From an uncultured Terracidiphilus sp. (GTDB lineage Bacteria > Acidobacteriota > Terriglobia > Terriglobales > Acidobacteriaceae), in assembly GCA_964595845.1 (NCBI GenBank), contig CAZQRX010000002.1:7592-71591 (forward strand): a stretch of 64,000 bases of DNA, in the 5' to 3' direction. Positions 28,401-35,497 of the stretch are shown one piece after another (the first letter of the stretch is position 1; each line of letters opens with the position of its first letter). The position numbers and the translations under genes are program-made. The notes under the pieces were generated by a model that was given only the letters and a program-made list of their open reading frames with translations, did no database searches and was not told the DNA's origin.

Positions 28401-29235
28401 TGGTGGCGGGAAACTGGGGAAATTTGCCGGGAGCCGCAAGTACTGAAACTCCCGAACTATGCTTGACCAGCAGCTTGGAGAGGAAGGCCGAATCCAGCCG
28501 GGCGGCATTCTGAAGAGCATTGATGGTCGAGTACTCGGCGACCACGCCCAGGTTGAGCGCGGCGTCACCCAGCGGAAGATCCAGATCGATCAGCAGCGTG
28601 CTCTGGCCCGACTCCTGGGCCATGGAAACCGCAAAATTGCAGGCCAGTGTGGTTACGCCGTCTCCGCCCTTGGCGCCGAGAAACGCCAGCAGCCGGCCAC
28701 CCGTCTTCTTCGCGGGGCGCGCCGTAGGCCGGCGAGCCGAAGCCCGCACCAGAGCCTCGGCCACGGTGCTTTGCGTAAAGGGCAAGGTAAGAAACTCGCG
28801 CGCTCCGGCGCGCATGCAGCGCACCAGTAGCTCCGAATCGGCCTTCATCGAATAGACCATCACCGTCGCCGTGCCATTGGCGCAGATGCTCTCCACCAGC
28901 TCCAAGGCATATTCCGGATGGCTGTCCAGGTCGATGATGATGACGTCGTAACGCTGCTCCAGCAGTTTGGGCACATCGTCCAGGCTGGGCGGATAAGTGG
29001 AAAACTCGCGGATATCTCCACCCTGAGCTCCGGCTAATGCGCTGGCTGCCGCCTTGCGGCGCCCCTCATCCGGGCCAATCAGCGCGATCGTCAAAACGTC
29101 GCTGCCGAGTGAGTCCGGATACTGATCATCGAGATACTGCGAAGTGTCTGAATTCACGGGATTGCCACCCCCTGACGCGCGAAACTTACCTTGCGGGTTA
29201 TCCAAGAACCGATAGGTCAACGGTGAGTCGGACAT
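25468..29235 (-). CDS. cpaE: CpaE/TadZ (REC-like + MinD/ParA-like) with a large C-terminal extension of Ig-like repeats
   Basis: CMRAGAREFL, deviant Walker A GAKGGDGVTT, LLIDLDLPLGD, IVLNRY, IPNDY; then a Pro-rich linker and 8 repeats. Confidence 0.88.
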   Translation of the reverse strand: MSDSPLTYRFLDNPQGKFRASGGGNPVNSDTSQYLDDQYPDSLGSDVLTIALIGPDEGRRKAAASALAGAQGGDIREFSTYPPSLDDVPKLLEQRYDVIIIDLDSHPEYALELVESICANGTATVMVYSMKADSELLVRCMRAGAREFLTLPFTQSTVAEALVRASARRPTARPAKKTGGRLLAFLGAKGGDGVTTLACNFAVSMAQESGQSTLLIDLDLPLGDAALNLGVVAEYSTINALQNAARLDSAFLSKLLVKHSSGVSVLAAPGKFPQFPATNDAIDRLLAVARQDFENVVIDMGSRLDLMGTSLFKEGSTVYLVIQAGIAGLRNSNRLISQYFTTGIPKLEIVLNRYEPRTMGVAEDQITKALTRPAQWKIPNDYNAVRRMQTTAIPLALEDSPISRLIRQMTRSACGMPAIPEKKTGFSLKSLSRSLSGRSSAPEASSSFTQLGLGTGQDTPTAQPAAAASLPAKPVYTPPVEAPRKVETPAPTPTVSANRPAPAPAKRETPQIVSPPARQGELETRSYKGATYVKGPDGEWHLLQAPVRAVPEAPAPVVKPVVNKVVEPVVNKVVEPVVNKVVEKETPAVAWSTPVPIAYGTPLTTTQLRAMASVPGKFAYTPAVGEMLPAGTHTLSVLFTPNDTAGYTTAQATVLLTVTKATPVITWATPAPISYGAALSAAQFNAAASIQGKFTYTPAAGEVLTAGTHTLTATFTPADATDYSTAQAAVSLTVTKATPSLTWPKPAPIAYGAALSATQLNATASVPGKFAYIPAAGTVLTAGVQTLSVTFTPNDITDYSTVQGEVPLTVSKATPVITWAKPAPITYGTALSATQLNATASVPGKFTYIPGAGAVLAAGTHTPSVTFTPADATNFNPVRAAVSLTVTKATPTITWTAPAPIPYGDALSAAQLNATASVPGKFVYTPAAGEVLPAGTHTLSVLFTPTDSTDCASVQTTVSLTVTKAKPTLIMWPTPVSISHGTALSALQLNATAPVPGKFVYTPAVGEVLPAGTQTLSVIFTPTDTNFPPAQAAVSLTVTKAIPAITWQAPATISYGTALGAAQLNAKASVPGTFAYTPAAGEVLPAGTHPLSVTFTPTETKDVATAQATVSLTVAKATPIITWPAPAAISYGNPLSAVQLNATALVPGTFVYTPAAGTVLTAGTQTLSVTFTPRDTADYTTAQATVSVVVEGLANIASLMPAMADSDANSTDFADAKQGTQSSGASDQQSKLETRTYKGATYVKGADGQWYLQKK
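25663..27486 (-). repeat. Eight tandem 76-aa (228 bp) Ig-like repeats inside cpaE
   Basis: Consensus KATPxITWxxPAPIxYGxALSAxQLNATASVPGKFxYTPAAGxVLxAGTxTLSVTFTPxDxxDYxxAQAxVSLTVT, 8 copies counted. Confidence 0.95.
27487..27570 (-). repeat. 24 bp coding tandem repeat x3 plus a partial unit (PVVNKVVE)
   Basis: ctccacNaccttgttcacgaccgg at 27487, 27511 and 27535. Confidence 0.9.
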
Positions 29236-29253
29236 AAGTACTGCTCCAAAAGC

Positions 29254-29862
29254 TCAACCAGCAAAAAAGGACATGAACGTACCAATGGCAATGGCTGGAA
29301 CGTAAGGCATCCAGCTCTTCAGTAATTCATTCAGTGAAGGCTCCGGATCGGATTGTATTCCGCGCCGCTGCCTGCCGAATACCAGATCGCCCGCGCCCAG
29401 AAACAGCTTTCTGAAAAGCTTGCGCCAGGCAAGCCAGCCGAGAACCATGATTCCCCCGGCCAGGCTGGTGATGAACAAAGCTATGAATAACTGCATGGGA
29501 CCAACCCAGGCCCCGATCGCGGCGCACAGCTTCAAGTCCCCTGCGCCCATGCCGCCCATCCAGAAAAGTAAACCGTACAGCAGAAAGCCAAGCCCCAGGC
29601 CGGCGCAGCTTTGCTCCAGACCATGCCAGGCGAAGCCGTGGCCGGTTCCCGGCCAGAAGCCTTGGCGGATACTGGACCAATCCCTGGGCAGCCAAAAGCC
29701 CCGGTGAATGCCGGACCAATCCATACGCAACGGAGAAACCACGATCCCCGCCAGAAGAAAAGGAAGCACCAGCCAGTTGGGTATGCGGCGGCTGCGCAGG
29801 TCCGTGCATGTTGCCACGGCGAGTACGATCAATGTCGGCCACCAGGCTAACCAGTGCTGCAT
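29254..29862 (-). CDS. cpaA: Prepilin peptidase CpaA/TadV (A24 family)
   Basis: TDLRSRRIPNWL, GGMGAGDLKL, MPYVPAIAIG. Start placed at ATG29862. Confidence 0.9.
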   Translation of the reverse strand: MQHWLAWWPTLIVLAVATCTDLRSRRIPNWLVLPFLLAGIVVSPLRMDWSGIHRGFWLPRDWSSIRQGFWPGTGHGFAWHGLEQSCAGLGLGFLLYGLLFWMGGMGAGDLKLCAAIGAWVGPMQLFIALFITSLAGGIMVLGWLAWRKLFRKLFLGAGDLVFGRQRRGIQSDPEPSLNELLKSWMPYVPAIAIGTFMSFFAG

Positions 29863-29931
29863 ACTCTGCGCTCCTTTTCCCCCTCCCCGCGTTCCGAGAG
29901 AGCTACGGCATGACCCTTGTTCCGTTGTTAT

Positions 29932-29947
29932 TGCAATTCCCTGACCA
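29932..29947 (-). promoter_or_regulatory. Candidate sigma54 promoter for the cpaA-cpaE-tonB-cpaF-tadBC operon
   Basis: Minus strand TGGTCAG-GGAA-TTGCA (GG-N10-GC). Confidence 0.6.
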
Positions 29948-30029
29948 AAGTGCCTAAAGCCGAAAATGCCCGGAATCAGGCCAAAACTGACTGAATTCAG
30001 AAAGGTGGGCGGCATTCTTCCCCAGGTGG

Positions 30030-30047
30030 TGTACACAGATGTTTACG
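30030..30047. promoter_or_regulatory. Candidate upstream activator site (palindrome)
   Basis: TGTACAC-AGAT-GTTTACG, matching 10361-10378; extra GTATAC at 30076-30081. Confidence 0.55.
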
Positions 30048-30681
30048 GGGACGGCGCTCCGGAGTGAAGCGGGGGGTATACACCCTCCAGGAGCAAACAG
30101 GTCGCGTCCTGCATCCAGGTGCGCGGCCGAAACCGATCAAAATCCACGATGAAATCAGATAGATGTTGCCACTGTTAAACGGGGTGCCTACATGATCAGT
30201 ACTCTGGCGTATGGTTACCAATATTCACTTTCTGTGCGCGAATGGGGGACCAAGATTGATTCCGTCCGTTTGTCCGGCCTTTTGCATCTTTCTCGCTTTG
30301 CCTCCCGTCAGCGGAGCAGTGTTGAATATACAACAGATTCTATAGGGTTTATGCTCATTTCAGTGCAGGCGGATGGGGCGGATGGGGTGGACGGAAAGTT
30401 CATCCTCCTGCCGTTTTTCTTTTCGGCGCGCCGAGGTAAACAATTTCGTATTTGGAATTATGTTACTAAAGTTTTCTCGACAGTGCCTTCATCTGGCCTT
30501 AACATGAATGGTCTGAGTCGTGTATGGCCGATGAGCCATGAGGTGTTGTCGGCGAGAGGGCGACATTCTCCCGACGCAATGCAGTCTTTGGCGGTTCATG
30601 CGCGGATTCAGGAGGATAGCTGCTTCTCCACTTTTGCTCTGAAAAGTTTGAGAAGCGTATAGTTGAAGTGCGGGTCCATCG

Positions 30682-32097
30682 ATGATCAAAGTCGGGCTGT
30701 ATTCGGAAGACCGAACGCTCCACACGCTGCTCGCGTCCGCTCTGGGAAAGGAATTCGAGATCCTTCTGGAGCCGGATGAAGACGGGATGCGTGTTCTGCG
30801 CGCCGCCGGAGATTGCGATGTCATGATTCTTGACCTGCATTCGAATCATGATTCGTTGCAGGAGCGCATTGGCTGTACCCAGCGTCTGATTGCGACTCAG
30901 GTTCCCGCAGTTGTCATGGCCGACGATGGCCTGCGTTCGACCGCCTTTGAACTGGTTCGCACAGGCGCTTTTGGATACTGCCGCCGTCCGCCCTCGATTC
31001 GCGATCTCAAGACCATGCTCAGCCGGGCGTTCGAGAACACCACGCTGCGGCAGCAACTGGAGACCGTGCAGCAGCAACTGGGCGTGCCCGCCAGTTGCGA
31101 CAAGCTGATCGGATCGAGTCCGCAGATGCAGCGGGTTTATCAGCTGGTGCATCGCGTCACCAATCTCAATGCCGCGGTGCTGGTCACCGGCGAAAGCGGC
31201 ACCGGCAAGGAGCTGATTGCCCGCGCCATTCACAACCTGGGCAACCGAGCCGCACGCCCGTTTGTGGCTGTCTCCTGCGGCGCCATTCCGGAAACGCTGA
31301 TCGAGGCCGAACTCTTCGGACATGAAAAAGGCGCCTTCACCGGCACCAACGGAGCGCGCGAAGGCTACTTCGAGCAGGCTGCGGACGGCACGCTCTTCCT
31401 GGACGAGATTGGCGATCTGAGCCTCTTTACCCAGGTCAAGCTGCTGCGCGTCCTGCAGCAGATGGAATTCAGCCGCCTGGGCAGCAACCGGCTTATCTCC
31501 TTGCGAGCGCGCCTGGTCTTTGCCACGCACCAGGATCTGTCCAAATTGGTGGCCGAAGGGAAATTCCGCCAGGATCTTTTCTACCGCATCAACGTCATGC
31601 GGATTGAATCGCCGGCGCTCCAGGAGCATCCGGAGGACATTCCTCGCATCGCCCGGCACTTCCTGCGCCAGTATGGGCAGATGTTCCAGAAGCCGATGGA
31701 CGATATTGAGCCCGATGCGCTCTCCCTGCTACAGCATTACCGCTGGCCCGGAAATGTGCGCGAGCTGGAAAACGTGATGCAGAGGGCCATCATCCTGGCG
31801 GCGGGAAAGACCGTTCGCGCGGAAGATTTGAGCATCAGCATCGACGAAGTGGAAAGCGAACTGGGCGACATCGGGGACGTTGTCGATATTGGCGATTACC
31901 ATCCCGCCGGCTCCTTTGAACGCCAGCTTCGCGACTATAAGATCAAACTCGCCGTAACCGCCGTTCGCGAGAACAACGGCAATAAGACACTGGCTGCCCG
32001 CAGCCTGTGCATCTCCCGTGCATATTTGCATCGTTTGATCCGGCTGGCCGAACCCGATGCGGTCTTCGATCAGAACCTGCACGAAGAAACAGCCTGA
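30682..32097 (+). CDS. Sigma54-dependent enhancer-binding protein (REC-AAA+-Fis HTH, NtrC family)
   Basis: GESGTGKE, ELFGHEKGAFTG, GTLFLDEI, FRQDLFYRIN, WPGNVRELEN, GNKTLAARSLCISRAYL. Confidence 0.93.
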   Translation: MIKVGLYSEDRTLHTLLASALGKEFEILLEPDEDGMRVLRAAGDCDVMILDLHSNHDSLQERIGCTQRLIATQVPAVVMADDGLRSTAFELVRTGAFGYCRRPPSIRDLKTMLSRAFENTTLRQQLETVQQQLGVPASCDKLIGSSPQMQRVYQLVHRVTNLNAAVLVTGESGTGKELIARAIHNLGNRAARPFVAVSCGAIPETLIEAELFGHEKGAFTGTNGAREGYFEQAADGTLFLDEIGDLSLFTQVKLLRVLQQMEFSRLGSNRLISLRARLVFATHQDLSKLVAEGKFRQDLFYRINVMRIESPALQEHPEDIPRIARHFLRQYGQMFQKPMDDIEPDALSLLQHYRWPGNVRELENVMQRAIILAAGKTVRAEDLSISIDEVESELGDIGDVVDIGDYHPAGSFERQLRDYKIKLAVTAVRENNGNKTLAARSLCISRAYLHRLIRLAEPDAVFDQNLHEETA

Positions 32098-32159
32098 CCC
32101 CCGCGGATCAGGCGCCTGTAGTTTCCCAGCAAACGCGCATCCCTTCTTCTTTGCTGATC

Positions 32160-33044
32160 CTATGTGTGCGAGTTATATTCCGGCGGCCCGGCAATGACCA
32201 GGCCGCTGTTCTGCCGTCCGTGAATATACCAGCAGCACCAGTTGGTTTCATGGGCGGGGCTGTCGGCGGGTGAAATCAAATCCCGATAGAGTACCTTTCC
32301 ATAGAGAAAGACCTTTTCTTCCCAGGTTTCGATGCGCTTGAATCGTTCTTCTGAGTCGCAGAGCCCTTTCACATCATCCCTGCTGAATGGTTTGATGGCC
32401 GTGAATTCACCCGGAAGCAGAATGATGGGTGTAAACGGGGCGCTCCGCTCCATGTGCCGATATTCAGGGGTTGCGGGAAGGCGCTTTTCGTCGATGACAA
32501 TCTTGTTCCGGTCCGTGGTTTCGATGATGCGTGCGGGGGTGCGGCCGCGGTTCGTGGCCATCACGGTAAAACTGTTCTCGATACTCCGGGAGGGCTCGAC
32601 CGTGATCAGAATCCAGGGCCTCTCCGAATGGAGAACGGCTTGAGCACTCAACAAGGCGGCATGCGCGCTGGTGGCGGCGGCATCGGCAGCCGCTTCCGTG
32701 TATGCCGTTTGGCGGGCAATCTTCTTGAGCAGGGAAACGGCCATCATGATGCCCACATATCCCAGCAGGACGAGCACCAGATTGGCGGCCCAGGCAATCT
32801 GCTCGTGCAGGCTCCAGACTGCCTGCGTGGAAGGCGGATTGGCAACCGTGATGTGCGGCGGCTGAAGATCGCGGGCAACGCCTTCGTTCTCGGTTCCAGG
32901 GGCTGAATTGGCGAGGTCACCGCTGGAAGAGGACGAAGCCGACGGCTTCGCGCCGGCGTGATTGCCTGCTTGGGCGGCAACCGCAAGCGGCGCCTGCAAG
33001 AGGACGCATAGCACCGCAACGATCGCTAAGCCCTTGACTCCCAT
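32160..33044 (-). CDS. Hypothetical membrane protein (signal peptide plus internal TM)
   Basis: Long ORF, hydrophobic N-terminus and a second TM; family not recognised. Confidence 0.65.
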   Translation of the reverse strand: MGVKGLAIVAVLCVLLQAPLAVAAQAGNHAGAKPSASSSSSGDLANSAPGTENEGVARDLQPPHITVANPPSTQAVWSLHEQIAWAANLVLVLLGYVGIMMAVSLLKKIARQTAYTEAAADAAATSAHAALLSAQAVLHSERPWILITVEPSRSIENSFTVMATNRGRTPARIIETTDRNKIVIDEKRLPATPEYRHMERSAPFTPIILLPGEFTAIKPFSRDDVKGLCDSEERFKRIETWEEKVFLYGKVLYRDLISPADSPAHETNWCCWYIHGRQNSGLVIAGPPEYNSHT

Positions 33045-33118
33045 GGCGCAAATGTATCACACGACGCTTTGGAATTCCCATGAACGGCGGAGCGCCGCGA
33101 AGCCGCGGAAGCGGCCCG

Positions 33119-33403
33119 CTACTTCTCCACCTCGACGCCTCGCCAGAAGGCCACGCAGCCCTTGATTTTGCGCGCGACGGGCTTGGGGTCGGGATAGTAC
33201 CAGGCCGCGTCCGGATTATCCTCCCCGTCGATCTGCACGTTCAGGTAGCGGGCCTGACCCTTGATGGGACACAGAGAGGTAGTGCTGCTGGGGCGAAAAT
33301 ACTCGCGCTTAAGGCTGGATTCGGGAAAATAGACATTTCCCTCCACCGTCTCCGTCTTCTCGCTTTCGGCTAAAACCTTGCCGTTCCAGATTGCTCGCGC
33401 CAT
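33119..33403 (-). CDS. DUF427-family protein
   Basis: AIWNGKVLAES, VEGNVYFP, CPIKGQARY, DAAWYYPDP, VAFWRGVEV. Confidence 0.9.
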   Translation of the reverse strand: MARAIWNGKVLAESEKTETVEGNVYFPESSLKREYFRPSSTTSLCPIKGQARYLNVQIDGEDNPDAAWYYPDPKPVARKIKGCVAFWRGVEVEK

Positions 33404-33533
33404 GGGAATACCGGTCAATTCCGCTGCAACTCTCTATCGGCCCAAAACCTGGGTAATGAGAGTATCGGAACCACAGTAGCAGAGATTGGCCGGCAGGTCG
33501 AGTCCGATTGCGCTGTGGAAGACCTGTACGTTC

Positions 33534-33857
33534 CTATTTGGCCTCGGCGATCGAGTCGATGTGAACGCTCTTCTTCGCCGCATCGGCAGTTGCGTTCACG
33601 GTTACATGGTCTCCGTAGAAATCCTTCACCGCGTCGGGATTGTCGATTGTCCAAACTTCTTTCTTGGCTTCATCCACAAACACCGGACTCATGCCGCTCT
33701 TGATGCACTTCTTCACGCAGGCCGCACCCGATCCGGCATGCTTGGCGCCGCACATCGAGTCTGAGATCCAGCCGTTGATCTTGGTCGATTCAGTCGCGCT
33801 GGCCGCGATCGCGGTCAGGCAAAAAGCGGCTACCAGCAGGGAAAGAACACGCTTCAT
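33534..33857 (-). CDS. Small exported protein with a C-x3-H...C-x3-C motif
   Basis: Signal peptide MKRVLSLLVAAFCLTAIAA; GWISDSMCGAKH...ACVKKC; GGAGG RBS. Confidence 0.7.
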   Translation of the reverse strand: MKRVLSLLVAAFCLTAIAASATESTKINGWISDSMCGAKHAGSGAACVKKCIKSGMSPVFVDEAKKEVWTIDNPDAVKDFYGDHVTVNATADAAKKSVHIDSIAEAK

Positions 33858-33937
33858 AGAAAACCTCCAGGGGAATGGGAGTCTCGTGCAATTTCCATCA
33901 TGCACCCGCGGCCCTGGATTCGGCAACAGAAATCCGG

Positions 33938-34420
33938 TCACGGCTTCGGCGGATAAAAATACTGTCCGTGCGCCTCCTGTCGGGCAGGCAGGCTGTTGCG
34001 CCGGGCTTCCACGTTCTTGAGCACCGCTTCGTAACGCTGCGCGCCGGCGGAAAAACGGTTCACCAGCTCCGCGGTCTTGGTCAGAAAGTACGGATTTTTC
34101 TCCCGGATTGCATCCAGAATGGGGGCAAACTTGGCCAAAAGGAAAAATCCCTCGGCATTGCAATCGACAAACAACTCCGCCGAGACAGCACCGTGCAGCA
34201 CCATCGCCGCCGCCATCTCCCAGTAAGTGAGCACCTGACGCAGCCAGGCGTTGTGCGGGTCGGCGGGGTTATCGGCCACGGCAAAGAACTCCTCCGCCGT
34301 CGCCGGCCAGAACTCGCCGGTGATCCACGCGCGCGCTTGGCGCATCACCGCCTCGGTGCGCAATTCATAGAGCCTGAGAATGATTTCGGCATCCGCCGGT
34401 GTTGCCAGCATCCGTTCCAT
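33938..34420 (-). CDS. Hypothetical protein (helical)
   Basis: ADAEIILRLYELRTEAVMRQARAW...YWEMAA; same strand as its neighbours. Confidence 0.7.
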   Translation of the reverse strand: MERMLATPADAEIILRLYELRTEAVMRQARAWITGEFWPATAEEFFAVADNPADPHNAWLRQVLTYWEMAAAMVLHGAVSAELFVDCNAEGFFLLAKFAPILDAIREKNPYFLTKTAELVNRFSAGAQRYEAVLKNVEARRNSLPARQEAHGQYFYPPKP

Positions 34421-34494
34421 AGTGAGTCTCTCCGCTCAACCATAGTAACGGATGCAGCCGGAGTGCGCTGCTCTCCTGCCGCTGCGCCTTTCCG

Positions 34495-35460
34495 TCAGTG
34501 AGCAGCGGCGCCGGTATTCCTCAGCGCATTGATCACAAAACGCACATTGGCAGGGTTCTCGCCGATCCGCCGAACAGTATAGGGCCACCAATCGGTTCCA
34601 AAGGGGAGATAAAGCCGCAGACGATAGCCCTCCGCTGTCAATATCTGCTGACGCGGTGCTCCGACTCCGAGCAGCATCTCGAATTCATACTCGTCCTTCG
34701 ACCGCTTGTTCCGCTCCGCTAACTCAATGATCGCCAAAATCATCTGGTCATCGTGGGTTGCGAAGATCGGATAAACACCGCGAGCTTTGGCCTCTGCCGA
34801 AAGTAATACGGCGGCTTGGCGAAGAAACTCCCGATTGATCTCCGTCCGGCTCGTCCAGGCGTGGTCACGGCTCTCGGCAAAGGCTCCCTTCACCAGCCGT
34901 ATCGCAGTAGCGCCGCTCTCCACCAGACCGCGAATATCCTGCCCGCTACGGTGCAGATACGCCTGTATCGTGATGCCGGTCGGATAGCCGGCCTCAGCCA
35001 TGCGCGCCCGAAGGTCAAGAGTCTTCTGCACAACCGAAAAGTCTTCCATGTCCAGCATTGCCAGCCTGCGCCGTCCGGCTGCCGGCTGTGCGGCGATCAG
35101 CTTCCCCAGCCGCAACGCGTTTGCTTCACCCAGTGCGTCGGAGTGGGCATAGCCGATCTGCGTCGGATCAATCGAGATATGCACATCTAGATTCGATTGG
35201 CCCAACTGCTCAATCGCTGCTGTGAGTTGCACTACATTCTCTTCGATGGCCGCTGGAGACTCGACATACTCGCCCAGATAATAGAGCGATGTCATGATGG
35301 TCCTGCCGTTCAACTCAGTCGATCTACCCACCGCCGCTGCAGAAGAATCGCCGCCGACAAAGCGCCCTGCAATGCCCCGCATCCGGCGGTTACCCTGCAT
35401 CAACCTGGTGATAGACTTCGAGCGGGCAAGGCGGATCATCGTACTCTGCCAAAGCGCCAT
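34495..35460 (-). CDS. Monofunctional proline dehydrogenase family protein
   Basis: RFVGG, LDMED, ITIQAYLHR, IRLVKGAF, FATHD, FEMLLGV, YLPFG..W.PYTVRRIGENPAN. Confidence 0.88.
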   Translation of the reverse strand: MALWQSTMIRLARSKSITRLMQGNRRMRGIAGRFVGGDSSAAAVGRSTELNGRTIMTSLYYLGEYVESPAAIEENVVQLTAAIEQLGQSNLDVHISIDPTQIGYAHSDALGEANALRLGKLIAAQPAAGRRRLAMLDMEDFSVVQKTLDLRARMAEAGYPTGITIQAYLHRSGQDIRGLVESGATAIRLVKGAFAESRDHAWTSRTEINREFLRQAAVLLSAEAKARGVYPIFATHDDQMILAIIELAERNKRSKDEYEFEMLLGVGAPRQQILTAEGYRLRLYLPFGTDWWPYTVRRIGENPANVRFVINALRNTGAAAH

Positions 35461-35497
35461 CGTTACCTCCAACTCTAGGATATTAAGCGACTTCGTG

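Noticed and set aside
30192-30662. 156-aa ORF between cpaA and the activator gene
   Set aside because: Atypical composition, no motifs, and it lies in a divergent promoter region.
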